A DNA stretch of 64,000 bases from Strigamia acuminata. Its lineage: Eukaryota. Position 1 is the stretch's first letter. Every line of letters begins with the position of its first letter. The DNA is taken from NCBI GenBank assembly GCA_949358305.1, contig OX442314.1, positions 24,676,001 to 24,740,000 of the forward strand, in the 5' to 3' direction. The notes beneath the pieces are model-generated. The model made no database searches. It worked only from the letters and a program-made list of their open reading frames with translations, and was not told the DNA's origin. Position numbers and translations under genes: made by a program. This document shows, piece by piece, positions 24,402 through 35,287 of this stretch.

Positions 24402-24535
24402 TGTGGTGGTCGCTAGGTGGCGACAGTTATCCGGCAAGGTCACATGCACCTGATTACGTCAGGACGACCTTGCCGGCACTGAATAAACGACACGCGTACT
24501 ATACACATCGTTGTCCGTCTTTAATAAACACAACA
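24402..24535 (+). repeat. 5' LTR (134 bp)
   Basis: TGTGGTGGTCGC...AAACACAACA, base-for-base identical to 28793-28926; contains two AATAAA. Confidence 0.97.
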
Positions 24536-24550
24536 TGGTGTCAGAAGTGG
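24536..24550 (+). promoter_or_regulatory. Primer-binding site complementary to the tRNA-Leu 3' end
   Basis: TGGTGTCAGAAGTGG directly abuts the 5' LTR; it is the reverse complement of the ...CCACTTCTGACACCA 3' end of tRNA-Leu. Confidence 0.85.
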
Positions 24551-24656
24551 TTGGTGGTGGATTTGCGTGGCGAGAGAGGTGATTCCGTGGTGGCGATACG
24601 CGAGGACGAGTTTGGTGAGGTTTTGAACAGTGAAAGTGGCGGGCGAGACGGCCAAG

Positions 24657-27600
24657 ATGGCAGTTGCTTTTCAATTTATTCCGCCGGCGCCATTCGACTT
24701 CAAATGCGCCGAGAGTTGGCCAAGGTGGATACGGCGATTTGAAAGGTACCGTGAGTCGTCCGGCCTGGAGGAGCAGGTGGAGTCGAAGCAGGTGACGACG
24801 TTGATTTACTGCCTCGGCGACGAGGCGGAAGACATTTTGGCGGCGGCGACATTGAAAACGAAGGAAAGGAAGGACTATGCGCTCGTGAAGAAGGTGTTCG
24901 ACGATTATTTTGTCGGTAAGCGCAATGTGATTTTCGAGCGGGCTAAATTCCACAGGAGGAAACAGGAGCCGGGCGAGACGGTGGACTCGTTCCTCACGGC
25001 GCTGCACGCGCTGATCGAGACGTGTGATTACAAAACTTTGAAGGACGAATTGGTGCGGGATCGGTTTGTGGTGGGGATTCTCGATGCAAAAGTGTCCGAG
25101 GCTCTGCAGTTGGATAGTGCCTTGACATTAGAGACGGCGGTGGAGAAAGCACGAATGAAGGAGGTGGTGAAGAGCCAGCAGAGTTTTATTCGTGCTGGTG
25201 AGCCGAGCGTCGTAGCCGTGGAAGAGGTGAAATCAAATCGTCGCGAGCAGGGTGAGCGGGGTGCGCAGAGCGGTCGATGGAGCGGTCGATGGAGCGGTCA
25301 GTCGGGTTCGGGTAAGTCGAGTCCAGGCGGCCGTGCATCGGGGCCTGGCTGTCGCAACTGTGGATTTCCAAGGCACGATCGAGGTGAGTGCCCGGCGCGT
25401 GATGCCAAATGCCGGAAGTGCGACATGAAAGGACATTATGCACGGACGTGTAGGAGTACAAAGGCGCACGAGGTTCGGGCGATGGAGGAGTCGCACGCGG
25501 ATGATCTGTTTTTGGGACGAGTGACGGCGGGACGGGCGGCGCGTTCGCCGCCGTGGAGGGTGAGTCTGCGTATTGAAAAAAAACTTATTCGTTTTAAGGT
25601 GGATACGGGAGCGGACGTTACGGCAATCCCTTCGTCAAGCGAGTGGCGACCAAAGCTGCTGGAACCGCCGGACCAGGGACTATTTCACGCGGGGTCGAGC
25701 CGATTGACGGTGGTGGGCATGTTCTTGGCCAAGATCCACTACGAGAAGATGGCGGTGTGCGAGTGGACGTATGTGGTGGACGGATTGAGTGAGCCGCTGT
25801 TGAGCCGAGATGCGAGTGTGCGACTGGGTTTGGTGAAATTTACCGGAAGTATGTCGGAGGTGACGGAGGAGGACCGCCGGTATTTGGTCGATTATCCTGA
25901 GATGTTTGAGGGCATCGGACTTATGCAGGGCGAATATGACATTGAGTTGGAACCAAATACAAGACCATTTTCTATTTCAGTGCCGAGGCGGGTCCCGATT
26001 CCGCTGTTGCCGCGGGTGAAAAAACAACTAGATTCAATGCTGGAGCAGGGCGTAATTAGTCGAGTGGACGGCCCAACGGAGTGGTGCGCGGGTATGGTTA
26101 CGGCCGAGAAGGGAAAGCCCGACGAGAAGGGAGAGCGAGGCATTCGGATCTGCGTGGATTTGATTCCGCTGAATCGTGGCGTGCGGAGGCCGAGAACCGT
26201 AATGCCCGACGTCGATACTACGTTGGCGTCGATTGCGGGGTCAAAGTATTTCACAAAGCTCGACGCATTTCACGGGTTTTGGCAGGTGGCGCTGTCGGAG
26301 AGGAGCCGACTGTTGACAACATTCATAACGCCGTTCGGGAGGTTTTGTTTTAATAGATTGCCGTTCGGAATAACGTCGGCGCCCGAATATTTTCAACAGC
26401 GCATGAATTTAATTTTGGAAGGGTGCGAGGGATGTGAGTGCCAAATAGATGACATCTTGGTACATGGGCGCACGCGACAGGAACACGACGCACGACTTTC
26501 GGTGGTGTTGCGGAGACTGAGGGAAGCGGGCGTTCGGTTAAACAGGGACAAGTGTGAGTTTTGTAGAGCCAGTATTAGATTTTTGGGTGTGTATATTGGC
26601 GAGCATGGCGTGCGGCCGGATCCGGAGAAGGTGGCGGCGATTGTCGGTATGGGGCCGCCAGAGTCAGTATCGGGGGTGCGTCGGCTAATGGGCCTAGTTA
26701 ATCATTTGGGGAAGTTCGTACCTCATTTGTCGGAAAAGATACGACCGATCTCGGAATTGTTGAAGGACGAGAAAAAGTCCCTGTGGTGTTGGGGCCAGCC
26801 ACAAGAGGAGGCATTCAGGGTTATCAAAGAGGCATTGTCGAGGGACGTAGAGTTGGCTCACTACGATTTGGGAGCCGAGGTTATTGTGTCGGCGGACGCG
26901 TCTTCGTTCGGCTTGGGGGCGGTGCTCTTGCAGCGGACGGAAGGAGGGGATTTGCGTCCAATTGCGTATGCGTCGTCGATGATGACAGAGACTGAACAGC
27001 GGTATGCCCAGATTGAGAAAGAGGCGCTTGCCGTGACATGGGCGTGCGAGAAGTTCGCGAAATATCTCACGGGACGGGATTTTCACGTCCATACGGACCA
27101 TAAGCCATTGGTGCCACTACTGGGCAACAAGAGTTTGGACGCGATGCCCGTTAGGATTCAGCGGTTTAGGATGCGGCTCATGTGGTTCCGTTTTACAATA
27201 TCGCACGTTCCGGGGCGACAGTTGATCATTGCCGATACGTTGTCACGGGCACCGGTGGGGAAGCCGACGGGGATGGGAGAGTTGGTTCGGGCTGCCGAGG
27301 CTCAGGTCGAGGTGGTGGTGGCGGGACTCCCGGCGTCGAGTGCTAGATTGGAACAGATTCGGAAGGCTGTGGAAGAGGACGAGGAGAGCCGACTCTTGAT
27401 GAAGTACATACGGGAAGGGTGGCCAGATAAGCGGAGGCTCCCGACGTCAATGAGTGTTTTTTGGCGTGATCAGGGGAATTTGACGATCGGTAAAGGCTTG
27501 ATTTTGAAGAACGAGAGAATCTTTATTCCCAGGGGATTGAGAGCTGAGATTGTGGCAAAAATTCACGAGGGCCACCAAGGAATAGGCCGGTGCAGGGCGC

Positions 27601-28649
27601 GCGCGAGACAGTCGGTGTGGTGGCCGGGACTTGGTCAACAGTTGGTTCAGGTCGTGGGCGAGTGCCGGGTTTGTCAGCGGCATCAGATCCCGCCTCGGGA
27701 GCCGATGTTGGCGACCGAGACGCCGCTGCGACCGTGGCAGAAGGTCGGCACCGATATTTTTTTTTGGCGAAACGCGAATTACCTGTTGATGGTGGACTAC
27801 TACTCGAGGTTCGTGGAGGTGGAGCGACTGGAGCGAATTACGTCAGCGGCGGTAATTGACCGCATGGAGTCGGTTTTTGCGAGGCACGGTTTTCCGGAGG
27901 AGATCGTGAGTGATTCGGGCACACAATTTATGTCGATAGAGTTTGCGAAGTATGCCAGCGAGAACGATTTCCGGGTCATTACGAGTAGCCCACATTACCA
28001 TCAAAGCAATGGAGAAGCGGAACGCTTTGTGGCGACGGTAAAAAAGATGCTCGAAAAGAATGATAACGTACATAGGGCGCTTTTGTGTTATCGCAACACT
28101 CCGGGACCGACGGGGTTTAGCCCGGCGCAGCTGTTAATGTCGAGACGGTTGAGGACAGGTCTCCCGATTTTGCCAGCAAGGTTGCAGCCAAAGGTGCCGG
28201 ACCACCGCGAATTTAGGAGGCGCGACGAGGCGGAGAAGGAGCGGCGGAGCGCCGACTATGACAGACGACATCGTGCGAGCCAGCGTCGTGATTTGAAGGA
28301 GGGAGAGGAAGTATGGATTACCAACAGTAAAGTGTCTGGTGAGATTATGGGGCCCGCGGGAACTCCGAGGTCGTACCTCGTGGAGACGCCGCGCGGCACG
28401 GTGCGCAGAAATTCGAGCCATTTGGTCCCGAGGACGGTGGAGCCACCACAGCCGACCCAGAGTGAGGAGATCGGCGACCAGGGGGACGTAGAGCCGAGGA
28501 CGGTAGGATCGGAGACGACCACAGTTGTCGAGAGGACGGGGAAGGAAGGAGATGGCGGACAACCGGGACCGACTAATCCAGTGGTTACTACGAGATATGG
28601 GCGGGTCATCAAAAAGACTCAAAGACTGATAGAGACAATGGGCCAGTGA
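24657..28649 (+). CDS. Gag-Pol polyprotein (1330 aa from the first ATG)
   Basis: ATG in GCCAAGATGG context; two CCHC knuckles (CRNCGFPRHDRGEC, CRKCDMKGHYARTC); protease FKVDTGAD; RT LDAFHGFWQ/LPFG/QIDD; RNase H DASSFGLGAVL, EKEALA, TDHKPL; integrase HEGH..CRVC and D-D-E (GTDIF, SDSGTQF, NGEAER). Confidence 0.96.
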   Translation: MAVAFQFIPPAPFDFKCAESWPRWIRRFERYRESSGLEEQVESKQVTTLIYCLGDEAEDILAAATLKTKERKDYALVKKVFDDYFVGKRNVIFERAKFHRRKQEPGETVDSFLTALHALIETCDYKTLKDELVRDRFVVGILDAKVSEALQLDSALTLETAVEKARMKEVVKSQQSFIRAGEPSVVAVEEVKSNRREQGERGAQSGRWSGRWSGQSGSGKSSPGGRASGPGCRNCGFPRHDRGECPARDAKCRKCDMKGHYARTCRSTKAHEVRAMEESHADDLFLGRVTAGRAARSPPWRVSLRIEKKLIRFKVDTGADVTAIPSSSEWRPKLLEPPDQGLFHAGSSRLTVVGMFLAKIHYEKMAVCEWTYVVDGLSEPLLSRDASVRLGLVKFTGSMSEVTEEDRRYLVDYPEMFEGIGLMQGEYDIELEPNTRPFSISVPRRVPIPLLPRVKKQLDSMLEQGVISRVDGPTEWCAGMVTAEKGKPDEKGERGIRICVDLIPLNRGVRRPRTVMPDVDTTLASIAGSKYFTKLDAFHGFWQVALSERSRLLTTFITPFGRFCFNRLPFGITSAPEYFQQRMNLILEGCEGCECQIDDILVHGRTRQEHDARLSVVLRRLREAGVRLNRDKCEFCRASIRFLGVYIGEHGVRPDPEKVAAIVGMGPPESVSGVRRLMGLVNHLGKFVPHLSEKIRPISELLKDEKKSLWCWGQPQEEAFRVIKEALSRDVELAHYDLGAEVIVSADASSFGLGAVLLQRTEGGDLRPIAYASSMMTETEQRYAQIEKEALAVTWACEKFAKYLTGRDFHVHTDHKPLVPLLGNKSLDAMPVRIQRFRMRLMWFRFTISHVPGRQLIIADTLSRAPVGKPTGMGELVRAAEAQVEVVVAGLPASSARLEQIRKAVEEDEESRLLMKYIREGWPDKRRLPTSMSVFWRDQGNLTIGKGLILKNERIFIPRGLRAEIVAKIHEGHQGIGRCRARARQSVWWPGLGQQLVQVVGECRVCQRHQIPPREPMLATETPLRPWQKVGTDIFFWRNANYLLMVDYYSRFVEVERLERITSAAVIDRMESVFARHGFPEEIVSDSGTQFMSIEFAKYASENDFRVITSSPHYHQSNGEAERFVATVKKMLEKNDNVHRALLCYRNTPGPTGFSPAQLLMSRRLRTGLPILPARLQPKVPDHREFRRRDEAEKERRSADYDRRHRASQRRDLKEGEEVWITNSKVSGEIMGPAGTPRSYLVETPRGTVRRNSSHLVPRTVEPPQPTQSEEIGDQGDVEPRTVGSETTTVVERTGKEGDGGQPGPTNPVVTTRYGRVIKKTQRLIETMGQ

Positions 28650-28779
28650 TGGCGTGTGTGTGTCGAGATTATTGAATCATTTTTATGTTGTTCTCATTTA
28701 GTGTTTATTGGAGTTTTAATTATGCTGTCGAATTTGAGTTGTATTGAGTGGGCTCTTTGCCTTTATGTATTACCCCTTT

Positions 28780-28792
28780 GGGGAGAGGGAGG
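28780..28792 (+). promoter_or_regulatory. Polypurine tract
   Basis: GGGGAGAGGGAGG immediately before the 3' LTR. Confidence 0.9.
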
Positions 28793-28926
28793 TGTGGTGG
28801 TCGCTAGGTGGCGACAGTTATCCGGCAAGGTCACATGCACCTGATTACGTCAGGACGACCTTGCCGGCACTGAATAAACGACACGCGTACTATACACATC
28901 GTTGTCCGTCTTTAATAAACACAACA
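28793..28926 (+). repeat. 3' LTR (134 bp)
   Basis: Identical to 24402-24535; followed by TSD ACGCC. Confidence 0.97.
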
Positions 28927-30178
28927 ACGCCTCGAAAACTCGTTTCGTGTTTGTACGTGTGACGTCATTCCCATTAAATAAGATGGGAATGACGTCACAT
29001 GTACAGACATGAAACGAGTTTTAGAGGCGTTTTTGAGTTTTTGAATGCTGCTTGTGTAAATTCAAGTGTAAATAAATTAGCCCAAATAATCACAATAGTG
29101 ATGATCATTATTGTTGTTGTTTACTCTTGTTGTTTACTCTAACAAAAACAATAATTGCTACAAAATTGTTCATACGATATCGTTGCAACCAATCTAACAA
29201 AAATCAAAATGGCTGCCAGCAAGACCCAATTTGAACGAGAAAACTCGTTGAACGGAGATTTAAACGTGCGGTGCAGGTCGTTTCCGTTTGACCAGTTTAC
29301 ACAACATTTACACAAGTGTAAACACATTTACACTCGTTTTGATGACTTTTCGAATGTACCTACTAATTACATAGGCACTTACATAAAGTCATGACGTGAT
29401 TAACATGCACTAAAACATTTTTTGCTGGAAAAATATCGAGCGCTTACTAAAAACAGCAAAAACAATCTTTGAATGCACTAAAGTATCTTTTAGCCTAGTA
29501 CTTATAAAAGTGATGACGTAAAACAAACATCGCCAGTGTGCTGGCCAAAGAAGATAAAGAATTCGCTTTTGAAGGTGCAGATTGAACACACCTGGCATGT
29601 TTACATGCCAAGAAACTTTTTTTTTTTTACTTGTCAGAGAAACGACAGTTTACACTTCATGAAAATTCTTTCATACTGCCAAAAATCAATAAACAAATAA
29701 GCACAAAATTTCAGTATTTTAAATCTTACTTTTTCGAATTATAGCTTCACAGTATCATTAGTCTGACCTCGGACGATCAACTAAACTAAAGCTAGAGCAA
29801 TACAGTCAACAATAGTGGCAAAAATATTCACAAAGGCATAGAAAAGCCAACTTTACTTTATCCTTGTCATTTTTGTAAGTAGAGCAAAGCCAACAAACCT
29901 CTACCGTCTACCAGCAAACATCAATTTGTATTTATTTAACAACCAACTTGATGCCACTAGTGAGTTTGAACCTCGGTGTTAACTGTTCCCAGACTGAATT
30001 CATAAACGCTTTAGCTAATGTTTACAAATTTGTCATACAGTAGCTGCATTCGAAAGAGTCTTAGTTTCCTTTATCTGCTTTAAACCAGACTAAACTAAAC
30101 ACAAATTTCAGACAGCCTTTTGCACAACAATGTTGTTAAAAAGCTGTTTAACTGCCATAACTTTAGTAACTCCATAAT

Positions 30179-30670
30179 AGAGAGTTTGCGGGATGCATTT
30201 TTCCCTTATTTTTCTCTACGTTACACTATTTTAGTGCCATATTGTAAGGGAAAAATCTTTAGTGTATTGTTTTCAACACTAAATTAAAATATAGCGCAGC
30301 CAATCAGAATTGAGAACACTATATTGTTAGCTTCGCCCATTGCAAATGGCGATTATTTTGTTGTCCCGATCAAACACATCAGTCATAGGTACGTAGATTG
30401 AATGATAAGTGAGGCCTAAAATTGAATTTTAGGCCCAAAACCATACTTTATAGGCATAATAATGGAATTTTATGCAGAAATTTGCACATTTATGCCCCCA
30501 AATTAAATTTTTAGGCCCAAAATTACTAACTGTCAGTAGTTGGCTGAAATAGTGTAGTGATAAGAGAAATGTGCAGCCCGCAAAAACTTAATTTATTATT
30601 TTTCCCTTACACTATTTTTATACCGTATAGTGTTTAATTGTAAGGGAAAAATGCATCCCGCAAACTCTCT
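30179..30670 (+). mobile_element. MITE with AGAGAGTTTGCGGGATGC TIR (PHIS/Pangu-like)
   Basis: Perfect ~30-bp TIR and perfect 3-bp AAT duplication; sibling of 8947-9426. Confidence 0.88.
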
Positions 30671-30694
30671 AATGAGTTAGTTACAGTACAATAA

Positions 30695-31102
30695 AGGGTT
30701 TCATAAATGACACGCTGAAGGCGCTGAAGTGATTGTTCCAATAATCACAATCACTGCATCATTGAGGACCCAAGACAGGTCCAAGTGATTATTTTGCATG
30801 TCACATGACTTATATTTATACTTTTTTTATTTTATTTTTTTTATTTATTTTTTTTATTTGTTTTTGTTAAATTAAATTAATTATTTATTTTTATTTATTA
30901 AATAATTTACAACAAACTCTCTTTTTCTCAGTTTGAGCATTCCTCAGCACTAACAATTCCTTTTCAGACAATTATACATAAACGCTGAAGTGCTGAAGCG
31001 ATTATTCATGTGATTGGCCCACACAGGTCACATTATAATCACTTCAGCAGAATAATCGTCATAATCACTTCAGCGCCTTCAGCGTATCATTTTTGAAACC
31101 CG
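30695..31102. mobile_element. PIF/Harbinger-type MITE
   Basis: ~39-bp TIR GGGTTTCATAAATGACACGCTGAAGGCGCTGAAGTGATT; flanks TAA/TTA. Confidence 0.75.
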
Positions 31103-32379
31103 TTAATGAATCATTAGTAGGTGATATTTGAGAAAAACCTACCCAAGAATTGTCTTTTGTATTAATAAATTCCATTTTGAATTGATCTATTGGTGAATAC
31201 TGAAACAGATGTTTAGAATTGATCAATTTTTCAAACCTCTTTCATAAAAATACCTGCTGAGAACATTCTTGCACCTTTAAGTGAATCTCGTGCAATGATT
31301 TAATTCCAGAAACCTAAGAGATAAGCCTAGGAGTTGTGGCAATAGGAAATAAATCGCTCACCTATCAACCCAAAACAAGTGAATTTATATAATTTAGTTG
31401 GTATTTCGAAACAACACATCTCTTAAATTTATGCAACGACTGTTTGCAAGTACTTTTCCATACTAAAGATGAACACGCAAAGCAGTGCTGGAATTTTTTT
31501 GTCATTCCTTTAGTCTCAACCTAAACCTCAAATTCCAGATACGATTTGGACATAAAAAGCTGGATATGAGCAATTGAATAAGTTCTCAATAAATTTTAGT
31601 ATAAAATTCATCATAAATTAATTCCAACTCCACAAAATACTCGCATCAATAGACAGCTTGCATCCTACAGATCAAAAGTCTTCAATTTGTATTGCATTAC
31701 ACAAGAGTGAGCACTAAATTAAATTTTAAATAGGGATCATGGAGGTGCAACTTTTAAATTATTGCATAATATGCAATATGGACCGCCTTGTGCTCAGGTT
31801 TGTGCACATATCTGAAGTGTATAATAATGTACAGATTTATCATCAACTCCAGGTGTCAACGGGAAGCTGTCCGTTCTCCTAAGATAATTAATTTAAATTT
31901 AGTCCATCATTGAAAAGATCCTCACTATCAAAAATCGATTCCTTAAGGCGTTTATAATGGAATGCAGATTAAACAGATTGAATCAGTAACGAGATGGCGT
32001 TGGTTTAAAGGTTCCCAACACATTTTTTTTGTCAAGCTTTCAGCTTATGCTGACACGAAATTTCTATTGTAATGAAAAACTACTAACTGCAGCGAAGCCA
32101 TTTAGTCTGGTGTATGCATATGTTGTAAGGACATTTAAAGGGAATATACTTGAAAATACCAAAAACATGCTTCAAATTGCAGTTTAATATGTTTTGTTGG
32201 CTAAATTTGTGCGCAAGAAGACTAAATCAGTCGCCATTTTTAGAGTTGAAAAAAAAAATCCCAGTCAAGCTGTTTAAATGTTGTTTAAAAGTACTGTTTA
32301 GTCTGAATGACTATGCGAATGCACAATCATAGTAGACGCATTCATAGTCATTGAAACTTATTCATATTTTTAGAGCCTT

Positions 32380-32970
32380 TTATTAAAGGCTTTTATTTAA
32401 CTTGACTTGAACATTTGTGTGTGTGTTTGTGTGTGTGTGTGTTTGTGTGTGTGTCAGGTTCAACGTCCGTTCACGTGACCTGTAATGTAACTTTTCAAAC
32501 TGCAGTGCCACCTGGCGGATCCCCTGCCAAAATGTTCGTCGCGAAACAATAAATGCTGTTTTCAATGTGGAAATGTGATTTGTAAATTTTGAAACCAATC
32601 TCATTCGACTGGAAATCAAAATCTGCACCTGCCTGCATCTTTTGTTTTTTATATTATTTAGAAAAAATACTTTGTTTAAAGTTTTTTGGCACGACCACGG
32701 CAATCACGAAACAATCTGCGGTAGTAGCGCACTCCTGGCCGCGATTTGAAGCACCAATATAAAAGCCTTTTTCGAAAAACTTGGTTTTTTATGTTTACTT
32801 GTTTAACTTGACGTGAATGTTTGTTTGTTTGTGTGTTTCAACTTCCGTCATTGCTAGCGCCACCTGAACACAAAAAAAATCTGCAGTATTAGCGCACTAT
32901 GGCAGCAATTTGAAGCACCAATATAAAAAACTTTTTCCAAAAACTTAGTTTTTGATATTTACTTGTTTAA
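32380..32970 (+). mobile_element. DINE-1/Helentron-like non-autonomous element, one full unit plus a shorter tandem unit
   Basis: SubTIR AAAGGCTTTTAT (32385) / ATAAAAGCCTTT (32759), (GT)n microsatellite and 3' hairpin AAAAAC-TTG-GTTTTT; 32713-32806 is repeated at ~32878-32970. Confidence 0.55.
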
Positions 32971-33487
32971 AACAGTCTACATGTAGAATTTTACGTGTAC
33001 AATTTTTCATTTAGAGTGGTTTAAAAAATATAAACAAAATGACTTTATGAGTGTGCCTTCTCAGACTTTAGTCGAATTAGTAAAATTTGCCAAATTTAAA
33101 CAACTTGACGGTAATCACCTCAATTAAATAATTACCTGCTTTAAGTAACACTTTTTTGGCAAACTGTCAGCAAAATTAAGTGCTTAAAAAGGGTCAGCAG
33201 CAGACCAAGTTTAGTATAAAAAAGCTACAATAGAACTTTTTTATATACATTGTAGCCATTCATTCTTCTTTATACTGTTGCAAAGCAATTCTAATCTTTT
33301 TCTAGATTTATTTACTTCCTTCCTGTACCGTTAAAAAGCGTTAGAATGTTCTCTCGGAACATGATGTACTACTGTTTTCAATTGCATTCTTGCAGTAAGC
33401 ATTAGATTCTTCAATTTGACAAATTTACATACCAGCAGCGACAATATTTTACATCAGTATCTATCCTCTTACAGCGCTATATATACT

Positions 33488-33663
33488 AAACTCTATTCCA
33501 AAAAGTATTACAAATACTCCCATTGGTTGGTTGGTTGAGACACTTTAAAAAATCTTCGCACAAGTCTACTGGAATCTGAAAACAGCATCATATTCAAGGC
33601 ACAACTGAACTGTGAATCTCCCAACCAATGGGAGTATTTGTAATACTTTTTGGAATAGAGTTT
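33488..33663. mobile_element. MITE with perfect 43-bp TIR
   Basis: AAACTCTATTCCAAAAAGTATTACAAATACTCCCATTGGTTGG and its exact reverse complement; flanks ACT/ACG. Confidence 0.85.
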
Positions 33664-34200
33664 ACGTAAAATCTTCATATTTCATTACACTGTATGCTCA
33701 AATTGGTTGACCTTCCCACAGTCTAGTTACAACATATGAAGGTAAAGACATAAAAGTAGCACAAAATATCATTATCGACAACTTGCCATAGACAAAATAT
33801 CAAATTTTGATAATGTTTTGCTATTATCGAATTGTGGGACAAAACCTAATAATTTAACCTACATAAGCTTAGCTCATTCCAGTAAAAACAATAAAAATAA
33901 TAAAATTAAATAATTTTAAATAGTTTTAATCACTTTAAACATTGCACCAGACGCACTGGAAGGCAGTCTTGGATAGCACCATAATCATAACTCCAATTTA
34001 CAAACTTGCCTGTTACCAGATGGTGCTAACGGTAATTCGTTTTGTCCAATCAGAACAATGCATGGCAAACTAAGGGATTGAATGTTAGGAAAATATTAGC
34101 TTGACTTGCCTAAATGTTTAATTAAATTGGCGTAAAAATCTTATTTCTTGCCTTATTCCTATCGTTCATTTGCCTATGGGTGCCATATTCCCTTAATATA

Positions 34201-34453
34201 CCGTACTTTATCGATTAAGAACCGCGGCTCTTATTCAAAATTGCCATTTTTGTCAGCAATTACAATTTCGGTTTTTCGTTTGTTACATTTGTTTAATGTA
34301 ACAAACGAAGTCTGAACGTCACAAACGAAGCATAGATTCATCGTTCGTGAGGTTAAATACGTAAACAATACCGTATTTTTGTAAAAATACGGTGTTCTTG
34401 GTGTCTTAGCAGCCGCTACTATTCGAGGGCGACTCTTAATGAGTCAAATACGA
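34201..34453 (+). mobile_element. Tc2/pogo-like MITE family C (uninterrupted copy)
   Basis: TA flanks and both TIRs. Confidence 0.85.
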
Positions 34454-35287
34454 TATCTCCACAATTAAACTTCTCCATATTGCAGCTTTGCATAGTATGC
34501 ACGCGTGGTTTGAGATGCCACGACACCCCATTGGCTGACAAAATCTTAGCTGAACACGCTTTAACTGCTTCAATATGCTACTTAGTGCAAAAAGGTGGCA
34601 AAACTGTGTATACAACGCTACCATTAATGACGTTTTATGTAATAAATATTAAATTATCTTATTAATAATTGAAAAATTATTCTTTATACAGTGCAAAAAA
34701 ATTGAGAAATAAAAGTTGGAAAGGTTAACCAGAATTTACCTCCCGGTATGTGATTTTTTTTTAACTTCAGCACACGTATTTATCTTATTTTTTTGCTTAA
34801 AGGAGACCCCCATTTATTTAGCTTAAATTTAAGCAGAGTTGGTTGCTAATTTTTCTGACTCGACTTTCGCATCATCTCTTGAATAAGCCACTCAGGTGTC
34901 ATCTGCCCAGTGTTAATAATTATATTTCATTTAAGACCCCTCAATGATAAATTATTGATTTTCAATTACTTCAATTACTTGTAGTCATTTGCACCTGATA
35001 TGTATTTTTTTTCGAATTTCCTAATTTTTTTACTTCCTTATCATCAATACAACTCAGAACTTATCCATCAACAGAGCTTACTTAAGTGTTTCCAGGCAAA
35101 TTACATTAACTGATTCTTCTCACCTATGTTGCTATGACTTCAAGAAAACGGCCATTTCAAACCAAATACTGTGGAAACTGACGGTTCCCAAAGAGACTAA
35201 TTTAGTTTAAATGATTGACCACTGTGGCGCAGGTGTAAACTCACACCTGTGACCCATTTTTATGCTAATTCCTAGAAAATGGACTTA

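Larger units (their letters stand above)
24402..28926 (+). mobile_element. Full-length Ty3/Gypsy LTR retrotransposon (Mag-like lineage)
   Basis: Identical 134-bp LTRs (TG...CA); 5-bp TSD ACGCC at 24397-24401 and 28927-28931; PBS; PPT; uninterrupted gag-pol ORF in PR-RT-RH-IN order; no env or chromodomain. Confidence 0.97.
24375..29052. mobile_element. 148-bp fold-back MITE (AGCTGCATTC terminus), split by the LTR element
   Basis: 24375-24401 joined to 28932-29052 gives two 70-bp inverted arms around an 8-nt loop; flanks AGT/TGT; partial sibling at 42384-42454. Confidence 0.85.
24259..29361. mobile_element. MITE with AGGYGCATTCGAAAAGTCAT TIR, split by the nested insertions
   Basis: The two halves (24259-24374, 29056-29361) align to the uninterrupted copy at 36261-36659. 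Confidence 0.8.

Noticed and set aside
24630..24656. GTG start of the 1339-aa ORF
   Set aside because: Eukaryotic element; the strong-context ATG at 24657 is the likely start.
24459..28622. Antisense and off-frame ORFs inside the retrotransposon
   Set aside because: Shadows of a GC-rich coding region; no env-like or other domain features.
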